NCBI GenBank assembly: GCA_024226555.1
Contig: JAAELO010000457.1
Coordinates: 70,701 to 134,700 of the forward strand
DNA length: 64,000 bases
DNA from: Desulfobacterales bacterium
GTDB taxonomy: Bacteria; Desulfobacterota; Desulfobacteria; Desulfobacterales; JAAELO01
Direction of reading: 5' to 3'
In this document: positions 1 through 8,807 of the stretch, one piece after another
How positions within the stretch are numbered: the stretch's first letter is position 1
Layout of the letters: every line of letters begins with the position of its first letter
Made by a program: the position numbers and the translations under genes
Notes under the pieces: model-generated
Seen by the model: only the letters and a program-made list of their open reading frames with translations
Databases searched by the model: none
Told to the model about the DNA's origin: nothing

Positions 1-955
1 CTTTATCCCGGTTGAGTAGTAATGCACTGAAATGAGACATTGTTTCATATTCAGGAAGAGGCCTTCCATCTTTAGCTATTTTTTTACATCTTACATGACA
101 GCCTTGACAACCTGCATGTTTAACACCGAATTCTTTCTGATATGAAAAAGCATTCATTTTTTCAGGATCTTCAAAAGATGTTTCCTTAAAATTCATGGTT
201 GGAATCATCCTTCTTGAACTTATAAGATCAAAAAGTGCTCCCGTTCCAAATTTTGAGATTCCTGCATCTCCCATCAAAACAGGTGAAGCCGAAACCAGCC
301 TTAGGATATCTTCCCTTGCTTTTTTTAACTCAGTTTTATCGGCAATACTGGTCTTTTTACTTCCTTTTACAGCCAGATATTTTAAGTTCTTAATTCCACA
401 AATAAACCCAAGTCCGTTTCTACCAGCTGCATAGTGACCATCTATCATAATGTTTGAATAGAGAACACCATTAAAAGCTGATGGACCAACAGCAGCAACG
501 GAACCTTGCCATGAGAGTTTCTTTAATACTTCAGATATTTTTAGGTCTCTGGCTTCATCACAGGCCTTGAAACTAACTTTTTCATCAATTATTTCAATTC
601 CACACAGTTCATCGCTTTTACCAGTTATAACAATTCCATCAAAACCAGTTTTTTTTAGCTCACTACCAAATTTACCCCCAACAGATGTATCTCCAATTGT
701 TCCGGTTAAAGGTGAAATTGAAGTTATATTTATTCTTCCCGGAGATGGAGATGTTGTGCCAACTAATGGACCGGTGAAAAAAAGAATAGCCATCCCATCT
801 GAATCTATCTCTTTTGTTGCACACTTTCTAAGATAATATCCAGAGAGCCCTTTTCCACCTATAAATTTATAATAAAGTTCATGATCGGGTCTTTCAATTG
901 AAGACTCTTTTTTTGTCAGATTTATATGAAGAATTTTACCATGCCAGCCGTTCAT
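1..955 (-). CDS. Aldehyde:ferredoxin oxidoreductase family protein, N-terminal part (runs off the window)
   Basis: Manual translation from ATG at 955 gives MNGWHGKILHINLT...FIGGKGL...FFTGPLVGT...SPLTGTIGDTSVGGKFGSELKKTGFDGIVITGK...AAGRNGLG...KNLK, typical AOR N-domain motifs. AAGGA RBS upstream. Confidence 0.9.
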   Translation of the reverse strand, partial: MNGWHGKILHINLTKKESSIERPDHELYYKFIGGKGLSGYYLRKCATKEIDSDGMAILFFTGPLVGTTSPSPGRINITSISPLTGTIGDTSVGGKFGSELKKTGFDGIVITGKSDELCGIEIIDEKVSFKACDEARDLKISEVLKKLSWQGSVAAVGPSAFNGVLYSNIMIDGHYAAGRNGLGFICGIKNLKYLAVKGSKKTSIADKTELKKAREDILRLVSASPVLMGDAGISKFGTGALFDLISSRRMIPTMNFKETSFEDPEKMNAFSYQKEFGVKHAGCQGCHVRCKKIAKDGRPLPEYETMSHFSALLLNRDK

Positions 956-983
956 TTGATTCCTTTATAATTAAAATATAAAA

Positions 984-998
984 GATTATCATTATCAT
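984..998. promoter_or_regulatory. Fur-like box upstream of the AOR gene
   Basis: GATTATCATTATCAT (reverse complement ATGATAATGATAATC) resembles the Fur consensus GATAATGATAATCATTATC. Confidence 0.45.
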
Positions 999-1115
999 AG
1001 AAACAACAATATTACTCTTTTTTCTTATTCTAAAATGTGATCAATTTAATTGTCACACTTTATATTATCATATAATTGTTAATTATTTAGAGGTTCCCTT
1101 AGGATATCATTTTTT

Positions 1116-1556
1116 ATGTATAAAAATTATTTTAACTCAATAAAATACAGCATCCCACTAACAATAATTCTGTTTGCAACGGTTACAATGCGAACAGAAG
1201 TTTCTTTTATAGATGGTCCATCATTTAATTATTATGGTTTTCCTTTTACCTATCTTAGGTGGTGCGGTTTCTCATCAATTGAGTACAATCTTGATATTAT
1301 AAACTTTTTCTTAAATTCTATAATTTATTTTACATTTTGTACTTTTATTGTCTCATTAAAAGCTATTTTAAATATTTTAGAACAAAAAAGAATTTTAAGC
1401 CTGATCGTTCTAATAACTTTATCTCTCTATCCTTTATTTTTTATATATGTAGAGCTGTTTTTTATGGGGGAATATTACAGAACTGTTAGTATTAATCTTG
1501 ATGGAGGAGATATAGTCGCAAGATTTTGGCATTTTGGCTTTGATCGACCATACTGA
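1116..1556 (+). CDS. Hypothetical membrane protein
   Basis: 146-aa ORF with about three hydrophobic segments and a YYGFPF motif. Confidence 0.6.
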   Translation: MYKNYFNSIKYSIPLTIILFATVTMRTEVSFIDGPSFNYYGFPFTYLRWCGFSSIEYNLDIINFFLNSIIYFTFCTFIVSLKAILNILEQKRILSLIVLITLSLYPLFFIYVELFFMGEYYRTVSINLDGGDIVARFWHFGFDRPY

Positions 1557-1591
1557 AAAAAATCTGGATTAATTATTATAATTTGATTATA

Positions 1592-1720
1592 GGGAATCTA
1601 ATAACTGACTTTTGTATTAATTACTGCGTTACAAGAAAAAAATAACTGTTGTAAAATCGGCTCGTTACATTTTTCTCAAACCTTGTAGTTAAACCAAAAT
1701 TCTAATTATTAAAGATTCCA
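1592..1720. mobile_element. ~130-bp MITE copy, TATA target duplication
   Basis: GGGAATCTAATAA...TTATTAAAGATTCCA flanked by TATA on both sides; interior matches the other copies. Confidence 0.8.
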
Positions 1721-1765
1721 TATAGGGGAATCCCTGAATATGATTCAAAAAAATGTGAGGATAAA

Positions 1766-2215
1766 ATGTTTAAATACGATAAAAATGAAGCTATTCAATC
1801 ATTAATTAAAAGTAATTTCTTTCTATTCAATGATTGTCTTGTAAAACAGGATGATAAAGAAAATGCTGTTGCACACTTTAAACTTGATGATATTGAAAAT
1901 ATTACATCCACTAAAAAAGTTTGTAGCTGGGCTATTTTCTTTTTTCTACTCTCAGCTTTATTCTCCTCATTAGCATATTTTGTTGTTCAGTCAGAGATAT
2001 GGACTATTATAAACTACGTCCTTGGAGGACTTTCATTCTCAATTTTCCTTCTGTCTTTTATTGAAAATGTATTGGTTCTTACTGTTGCCGGTGAAATCAT
2101 AAAATACGAAATCCGTGAAGATACTAGTGAATTAAAAGGTTTTGTTGTAAGCGTACGTCAGTACAAAAACTCATATAAAAAACATGAGAACAAAGTTGTG
2201 TATAGAAATTTGTAA
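1766..2215 (+). CDS. Hypothetical membrane protein (2 TM)
   Basis: 149-aa ORF, GAGG RBS, two hydrophobic helices. Confidence 0.65.
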   Translation: MFKYDKNEAIQSLIKSNFFLFNDCLVKQDDKENAVAHFKLDDIENITSTKKVCSWAIFFFLLSALFSSLAYFVVQSEIWTIINYVLGGLSFSIFLLSFIENVLVLTVAGEIIKYEIREDTSELKGFVVSVRQYKNSYKKHENKVVYRNL

Positions 2216-2231
2216 AATAACTACTATTTAA

Positions 2232-2361
2232 GGGAATCTCTAATAATTAGAATTTTTGATGAAAAACAAGGCATAATAAAAAACAACGGGTTGATTTTAC
2301 TACAGTTTTATTTTTGTTATAACGCTGTGTTTCGCAAAAAGATCAGTTATTAGAGATTCCC
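2232..2361. mobile_element. 130-bp MITE copy, TTAA target duplication
   Basis: Perfect 15-bp TIR GGGAATCTCTAATAA/TTATTAGAGATTCCC; near-identical (inverted) to 25512-25641. Confidence 0.9.
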
Positions 2362-2630
2362 TTAAGTAGGTATGAACCTTCATTTTTAATGATAAGAAAG
2401 TAAAATGCCAGGGCTTCTTCCAGCTTCTCCATTTTAATAGAGGATATTTTTCTTATCACTACGTCAAGGGATAGCAAGGGGACTTGCCTACGCTGCAAAA
2501 AGCATTTCAGCTCTCTATATTCTCATTTCTAAAAATATATGTTATTATATTTGCACACAGATATCTTTAAAGCTACTTGATAATTAGTAATATTTTTTCT
2601 TTTAATTAATCAACAGGAAAGAGGTTTTAA

Positions 2631-3038
2631 ATGGCATTTATAAACTGGAATGATAGTCTAAGTGTTGGTGTTGAAAAATTTGATAAGGAACATAAGGTTC
2701 TTGTTGGGATAATAAATGATCTTAGTGATGCCATGAAACAGGGTAAAGGGAAAGAGGTTATTGGTAAAACTTTGGATGGCTTGATTGATTATACAATGAA
2801 TCATTTCAAAAACGAAGAGATGTATTTTAAAAAATTCAATTATCCTGATAAAGCAGATCATATAAAAGAACATCTGAGCTTTGTTGAGAAAGTTTCAGAG
2901 TTCAAAGAGGGGTTTGAAACTGGAAAACTATCCCTTTCTATTGAAGTTATGAATTTTCTCAAAGATTGGTTACAAAAACATATTAATACAACAGATAAAA
3001 AATATACTGCTTTTTTCAATGAAAAGGGTTTAAATTAA
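2631..3038 (+). CDS. Bacteriohemerythrin
   Basis: W-x3-LSVG..FD.EHK, HFKNEE, HIKEH, WLQKHI...D iron-ligand motifs. Confidence 0.95.
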   Translation: MAFINWNDSLSVGVEKFDKEHKVLVGIINDLSDAMKQGKGKEVIGKTLDGLIDYTMNHFKNEEMYFKKFNYPDKADHIKEHLSFVEKVSEFKEGFETGKLSLSIEVMNFLKDWLQKHINTTDKKYTAFFNEKGLN

Positions 3039-3330
3039 GGTTAAGTTTGGAGGGTGCGTTAGATTTATCGCACCTATACAGGCATCAATCTTGTGAAAAT
3101 TATTTGGAGCAGATGTTATAACAATGCTTCCCTTTTTTGTTTCTGGTCTTAATTTAAGACTTGTTGTTGCAATAACTCTTAAAACATTTGCTGAAGCGAG
3201 ATGTTCCTGTGCAACAGATATATCGCCACGTCCCCACAGTATACCTACTTCATACATTAAAGGTTGTATTATTTCCAGATAGTATGATTCAATATCATGA
3301 CTTTCATTTATTGATTCATTTGAATTGTTA
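3030..3330 (-). pseudogene. Fragment of a cobalamin (B12)-binding domain protein
   Basis: Frame reads IESYYLEIIQPLMYEVGILWGRGDISVAQEHLAS...IVITSAPNNFH, the B12-binding_2 cap motif. No proper start and truncated C-terminus. Confidence 0.65.
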
Positions 3331-3346
3331 GAGGGTTCACTTTATA

Positions 3347-4240
3347 TTATTTTCTTTTGCTCAGGTATACAAGGTTCAGGAATTTTGCAATTTCATCAAA
3401 AACACCTTTTGCAATCTCACCATTGACAATTCCATGTTTGTAGGAATCTATATCTTTATAGAAAGATTTTTTCTTACTTATCCGGCTACATATAATTTGA
3501 GTGTTTCTTTTATGCAGTAAAGGGTCGTTTTTTGCCTGCATTATGATTGAGGGGACATTAAGATTTGGAAGGGCCTGGTAAACATTATTCATCAGCTTTT
3601 TTAACTGAACAACACTTTGAACAGGGCATTTAAAGTAATTGATATGAGGATTATCCGGTTTGTTCTTAACAAACTCTTTGCAAAATATTTGTAAACCAAT
3701 TTTGTTCATCCAAGTGTTCCAGAAGTTAACCACTTCTGCAAAGCCAAATGCGGAACTTTTAAATTGAAGTGGAGCACTGATTGATATTACAGCATCATAA
3801 GCTTCTGGTTTTTCAATTGCATTAAGAAGAGCAAGCCCAGCACCAGCTGAAAATCCTCCAATAGAGACATTTTCACAGCAACTCTTTAAAATTTCATAAC
3901 CACTATCAACTGATTTAACCCACTCGTTTAAACGTCTTTTTGAAAGGTCGTAAGGAGAGGTTCCGTGGCCTGCTAACCTTATTGCATAAACAGAATAACC
4001 TTTTGAATATAAAAAATCTGCTAATTCACGAAGCTCGTAAGGTGCTGCCATAAGCCCATGTATAAGCAAAACACCTGCAACTGATTCAGGATTATGAAGA
4101 AAGTATGGTTTACCAATGTTTTTGGGTTTTGACTCTCCCTCGATATAGTGCAAACTATATTCCTCTTCAAACAATTTAACTTCATTATTAAGAAGATTTT
4201 CACAGGAATGATCAGAATTTAATTGTGCTTCATTATTCAT
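3347..4240 (-). CDS. Alpha/beta hydrolase (carboxylesterase/lipase)
   Basis: LLIHG, LAGHG, GFSAG nucleophile elbow, C-terminal Asp and His. Confidence 0.9.
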   Translation of the reverse strand: MNNEAQLNSDHSCENLLNNEVKLFEEEYSLHYIEGESKPKNIGKPYFLHNPESVAGVLLIHGLMAAPYELRELADFLYSKGYSVYAIRLAGHGTSPYDLSKRRLNEWVKSVDSGYEILKSCCENVSIGGFSAGAGLALLNAIEKPEAYDAVISISAPLQFKSSAFGFAEVVNFWNTWMNKIGLQIFCKEFVKNKPDNPHINYFKCPVQSVVQLKKLMNNVYQALPNLNVPSIIMQAKNDPLLHKRNTQIICSRISKKKSFYKDIDSYKHGIVNGEIAKGVFDEIAKFLNLVYLSKRK

Positions 4241-4401
4241 TTTATATACTCATAATACATGTTTTTAAACGTTAAAAATATGCTAACTATTTAACACTAA
4301 ATAACTATGCAGACAAGAAAACATTGCTATTTAATTTAGAATCATACAAAATATAAAGAAATATCACCTAAATATAGATTTCCTAAACAAAGTGGGAAAA
4401 T

Positions 4402-5610
4402 ATGAAAAAAAATATACTGATTGCCTTTTTAATCTTTGTTAGTTGTAGTAACGGATCTGGAAAGAAAGAGGAAAAGAGAATAGAGTATAACGATATATCA
4501 AAAATCAGCAAAAAAGTATTATTAATAAAAAAAATTGAGAACAAGGGTGTTTTAAAACTCAATGAGCTTTCTGATGGGAAACAGGTTATAACAATAACTA
4601 ACAGTAGTAATGGAATTGTTTTAAATCAGGTATTTTCAAAAGATACAATAGTACATTCATTTAATTTTACAGGTTCATTGGATTTACTGAACTTTGAAGC
4701 TTTAGATACATTAAATCGTGTAAAATATTACTGGGATATAAGTAAAAACAAACTCTATTTCAGATCTTTAAATAACCAGAATGGTAAAGAATACAGATCT
4801 GAAAATATAGAACAAAGTCCGGCTCTAAAATCATTTATAAAGAAAGAAAATTTTAGTGTTATCAGAAAAGTTACAAATCCTCCTGAGTTGAAATATTTTC
4901 TGAAAAATGAAGAGAGTGTTTTTCAATCAAATTCTATTAAAGCATCTGTTTCTGGTACAGTTTTTGATGTACCAGGTAAAGAGAGTTGTCTGATGTTAGT
5001 TGATCAAAATGATTATGATGGTGATGGATATAAAGATGCACTCCTTGAAAACGCTGTGGCCTGTGGTGGTAATTGCTGCCCAAATAGTTTTTTTATAGTG
5101 ACTTACAAAGGTGATGGTAACTTTAAGGTTTTAGATAGTTTCAATTCTTCCTGGGAGGGTGCTGACCTTCAGAAGTGGAAAGGCAGATGGTCTATTGTTA
5201 CAAAATTTGTAAATGCAGGCAGCAACACTTCAGATTATTATGAATCAAGATCAAGGCATATGCTGATAAATGGAGAAACTGTTCTGGTGGAATTTGATGA
5301 AAAGAAGGAGATTGAAGCTCTTATGAACATCAGAGCTAAAGAGTTTGATATTAGTAAAGTAAATCAATCAAAAAATTACAGATTTGATCTTGATGGAGAT
5401 GGAGAAAAAGAGTTAATGCAGTGCAAGCTCTGGAATCGATGGGGCGTAGTCCAGTGTGAAATAAAAAGAAAAGAAAAGATAATTCTTAAAAATATTGGTG
5501 GAAAAAGGGTTGGAGTTTTAAAAAGAAAAACCAATGGTATGCATGATATAGTTAGTAATCATGAAGAAATATATAAGTGGAACGGATCAGAATACAAAAA
5601 GGAGAAGTGA
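4402..5610 (+). CDS. Hypothetical lipoprotein with DxDGDG (FG-GAP-like) motifs
   Basis: Signal peptide with FVSC lipobox; DYDGDGYKD and DLDGDGEKE motifs. Confidence 0.7.
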   Translation: MKKNILIAFLIFVSCSNGSGKKEEKRIEYNDISKISKKVLLIKKIENKGVLKLNELSDGKQVITITNSSNGIVLNQVFSKDTIVHSFNFTGSLDLLNFEALDTLNRVKYYWDISKNKLYFRSLNNQNGKEYRSENIEQSPALKSFIKKENFSVIRKVTNPPELKYFLKNEESVFQSNSIKASVSGTVFDVPGKESCLMLVDQNDYDGDGYKDALLENAVACGGNCCPNSFFIVTYKGDGNFKVLDSFNSSWEGADLQKWKGRWSIVTKFVNAGSNTSDYYESRSRHMLINGETVLVEFDEKKEIEALMNIRAKEFDISKVNQSKNYRFDLDGDGEKELMQCKLWNRWGVVQCEIKRKEKIILKNIGGKRVGVLKRKTNGMHDIVSNHEEIYKWNGSEYKKEK

Positions 5611-5919
5611 TCACTTCTCCTCTCTGGTATTTTGTTTAATCTGATAAAGATAAACCCTGTTGGGATCGTCCATATCAAGATCGTCACTGTTTTTACAACC
5701 CATTGAAACAAGTCGTTTTTTTACATCAGATAGAACCTGGGGAGTACATTGATTGCTTAATATCCAGTTCTTTGCAATCATATCAACTCTGTGAACTGTC
5801 AAGAGGTTATGCTTGGGGTCAGCTGTTAATCCAACATACCATTCTTCAAATTCTCCTTTAATGTGTCTTGTAAAATCTTCAGCACCGTCAGTAAAGTAAG
5901 GATCGATATCAATATACAT
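5611..5919 (-). CDS. Small hypothetical protein with GIY-YIG-like motif; paralog of 63071-63340
   Basis: WYVGLTADPKH..L..H.VD...WILS shared with the 63071 ORF; AGGAGG RBS. Confidence 0.7.
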   Translation of the reverse strand: MYIDIDPYFTDGAEDFTRHIKGEFEEWYVGLTADPKHNLLTVHRVDMIAKNWILSNQCTPQVLSDVKKRLVSMGCKNSDDLDMDDPNRVYLYQIKQNTREEK

Positions 5920-5950
5920 TTAATGAAACCTCCTATCCTTTTCTATTATA

Positions 5951-6109
5951 GGAATCTCTAATAACTGCCTATAAAACAAAACAACTGAGTATGTTTCGAA
6001 AAAAAAACTGTAAAATCGTCTCGTTATTTTTTTTTAAGCAGAGACTTTATAAAACTAAAAGCTTTTATAAACGCGATATTTCAATAAAAATTCTAATTAT
6101 TAGAGGTCC
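5951..6109. mobile_element. MITE copy with internal insert
   Basis: GGAATCTCTAATAACTG...TTCTAATTATTAGAGGTCC; contains extra TTTATAAAACTAAAAGCTTTTATAAA palindrome. Confidence 0.75.
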
Positions 6110-6158
6110 TAGAGGTATGGCATAATTACCATACCTTTATTATCTAAAGACCTGTTAT

Positions 6159-7805
6159 CTATTCGTTATAAGTCGACCTGATATCCTTTTTGCTGATTTT
6201 TCCAACACTTGTTTTTGGAATTTCACTGTTTAAGATTATTTTGGAAGGAATTCCATATTTTGGAATTACTCCTTTATCAACAAATCCCATGCAAAAATCC
6301 TGTATATCTTTTTCTGAAATTTTGTCCTGATATCCATCATTTAGCATGACCATTGCAAGGGGGCTTTCTCCCCATTTTTCGTCATTAACGCCTACAACTG
6401 CAACTTCATTAACAGCTTCATGCTGGCTTATTATATCTTCTAACTCAAGGGAAGATATCCATTCGCCGCCTGTTTTAATTACATCTTTTAAACGATCTGT
6501 TATTTTAAGATAACCTTCAGAATCTATAACACCAATATCGCCGGTGTGAAGCCAACCATTTTCCCAAAGTTCTTCACTTTTTTCTTCATCCTTAATATAT
6601 CCCTGGGTGAGCCATGGAGTTCTTGTCACAACTTCACCCGCTGTTTTACCATCATGTGGAAGTGGATTTCCATCCATATCCACTATTTCAAGCTGAACAT
6701 TTGGAACAGGTAGTCCTGTTTTACAACGAACTTCAACCTGGTCATCTTCATCCCAATCCAGCATATGAGGTTTCATGTTAGCTAAAGTAAGAAGGGGACA
6801 TGTTTCTGACATTCCGTATCCGGTATATAGGTTTATACCATGTTTTAAAGCTGCTTTACAAAGGCCTTTGGATAAAGCAGAACCTCCAATAATTACTTTC
6901 CAACCCTTTAGATCCAGCTGATCGATAACAGGACTTGAAACAAGCATATTTAATATTGTTGGAACACAGTGGGAATAGGTAACCTTTTCTCCAATTATTA
7001 GTTTAAGAAGCATTTCAGGCTCATATCTTCCAGGATAAACCTGTTTGGCTCCTAACATTGTCATAAGGTAGGGCATTCCCCAGGCATGTACATGGAACAT
7101 TGGAGTGATCGGCATGTAAATATCTTTGGAGGAGATCCTTGCCTGGGAATCATATGCGCAAAGTCCGGACATTGCTCCATAAGTATGAAGTACAATTTGA
7201 CGATGACTAAAGAAAACACCTTTTGGTAGTCCCGTTGTGCCTGTAGTGTAAAACGTTGTAGCCATGGTGTTTTCGTTAAAATCAGGAAAATTGTATTCCT
7301 CAGATGCGCTACCCATAAGACTTTCATATTCACCGGCGAAATCAAGTGTTGATTCCGGTTGAACCTGATTATCTGTTAATAGAACAACATTTTTAACAGT
7401 TTCAAATTTATCTTTTACTGATTCAAGAAGTGGAAGGAACTCTTCATTAACAAGAATAACATCATCTTCTGCATGGTTAATTGTGTAAATGAGCTGCTCT
7501 GAAGTTAAACGAATATTTACTGTGTGAAGTACAGCTCCCATCATTGGGATTGCAAAAAAACATTCGAGATAACGATGAGAATCCCAATCCATTACTGCGA
7601 CGGTATCTCCTGGTTTTACACCAATAGATACAAGCATGTTCGCAAGTTTTTTGACCCTTTTACCAAAATCCTTGTAGGTGTACCTTAAGCTGTCTCTGTA
7701 AACTATCTCCTGATCTGGTGAATAAATAAGAGGAGTATCAAGTAAATTTTTAATTAAGAGTGGATAGTCGTAGGCGCTTTTTGTTGGATTGATTAATTTC
7801 GTCAT
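6159..7805 (-). CDS. Fatty acid--CoA ligase (AlkK/DmdB-like)
   Basis: YTTGTTGLPKG AMP-binding motif, GYGMSET, GWLHTGD, DRLKDVIKTGGEWISS, PKTSVGK. Confidence 0.95.
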   Translation of the reverse strand: MTKLINPTKSAYDYPLLIKNLLDTPLIYSPDQEIVYRDSLRYTYKDFGKRVKKLANMLVSIGVKPGDTVAVMDWDSHRYLECFFAIPMMGAVLHTVNIRLTSEQLIYTINHAEDDVILVNEEFLPLLESVKDKFETVKNVVLLTDNQVQPESTLDFAGEYESLMGSASEEYNFPDFNENTMATTFYTTGTTGLPKGVFFSHRQIVLHTYGAMSGLCAYDSQARISSKDIYMPITPMFHVHAWGMPYLMTMLGAKQVYPGRYEPEMLLKLIIGEKVTYSHCVPTILNMLVSSPVIDQLDLKGWKVIIGGSALSKGLCKAALKHGINLYTGYGMSETCPLLTLANMKPHMLDWDEDDQVEVRCKTGLPVPNVQLEIVDMDGNPLPHDGKTAGEVVTRTPWLTQGYIKDEEKSEELWENGWLHTGDIGVIDSEGYLKITDRLKDVIKTGGEWISSLELEDIISQHEAVNEVAVVGVNDEKWGESPLAMVMLNDGYQDKISEKDIQDFCMGFVDKGVIPKYGIPSKIILNSEIPKTSVGKISKKDIRSTYNE

Positions 7806-7944
7806 TTATTATCTCCAAAATATATAGTTATTTGTAAAATCACTTTTAAAATGGATCACGAACTTTTTATATCAGGAATAAATTATTTAATAATTTAGTA
7901 TTAAATCCAAATGAATAAGTATATAAGTTTGGAAACCAAATTGT

Positions 7945-7988
7945 TGTAAGGTGAAAAACTATAGGGGTAGGTAAATTACCTATAGGGG
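7945..7988. promoter_or_regulatory. Tandem NarL/LuxR-type operator candidates
   Basis: Palindrome TAGGTAAATTACCTA plus repeated CTATAGGGG upstream of the CoA ligase, next to a NarL-family regulator gene. Confidence 0.5.
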
Positions 7989-8134
7989 TCAGGAATGATG
8001 AAAATAAAGAGGAATTAATAAATTATACGTAAAATAAAAGGGTTAATATTTCTCATTTCTGTAAAGTAATTAAAATTATGAATCTATAAAAAAAAATGAT
8101 TGAATTTATTAAACTAAAAATATAATAAGAAAAC

Positions 8135-8800
8135 TTATCCTTTTAAAACACCTGTTTCAACCCATATAACTGCATTTCTTACAAGTTCGCCACTATGTTT
8201 AAAAAACAGTTTTTCTTTAATTCTTTCACGATAGGTACCAACAGTTTTTGTGCTGATATTCAATTGATCTGCAATATCTTTTGAAAGTAAACCCTGACCT
8301 ATAAGTTGGAAAATTTCAAGTTCTCTGTCTGTAAGCCTTTTTAGAGGAGATTCATGGACGAGATCTGGTTTGCTGCGGAATTTATTTAATATGGTACTCA
8401 TAATTCTTTGGCTTACATAAATGTTACCAGCCATTATCTGACGTATAGCTTCAACAACAGATTCAGAAGCTTCCTGTTTCATTATATATCCTTTGGCACC
8501 GGCCATTATGCTTCTTTCAGCATGGAGAGACTCATCGTGCATAGATAAAACAAGTGTCGCGATATTACTTTGATTATCGTTTATCTCCTTAACGAGGTCC
8601 ATACCATTACTATCTTTTAATGAGAGATCAACAATGACAAGGTCAGGGTTGTTATTACTGATTACTTCCCTTGCTCCTGAGACATCTTCAGCATCACCAC
8701 ATACATCCATGTCTTCTTCTCTATTGATTAACTCTTTCATCCCCATACTGAAAATTGGATGATCCTCAACAATTACAATTTTAAAAATATCAGACATCAT
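8135..8800 (-). CDS. NarL/LuxR-family response regulator
   Basis: REC domain (IVEDH, VDLSL, LSMH, GYIMK) plus LTDRELEIF..IGQG HTH. Start placed at ATG 8800 after a GGGAG RBS. Confidence 0.95.
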   Translation of the reverse strand: MMSDIFKIVIVEDHPIFSMGMKELINREEDMDVCGDAEDVSGAREVISNNNPDLVIVDLSLKDSNGMDLVKEINDNQSNIATLVLSMHDESLHAERSIMAGAKGYIMKQEASESVVEAIRQIMAGNIYVSQRIMSTILNKFRSKPDLVHESPLKRLTDRELEIFQLIGQGLLSKDIADQLNISTKTVGTYRERIKEKLFFKHSGELVRNAVIWVETGVLKG

Positions 8801-8807
8801 TTCTCCC

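Noticed and set aside
195-836. Plus-strand ORFs 195-434 and 567-836
   Set aside because: Antisense shadows of the minus-strand AOR gene
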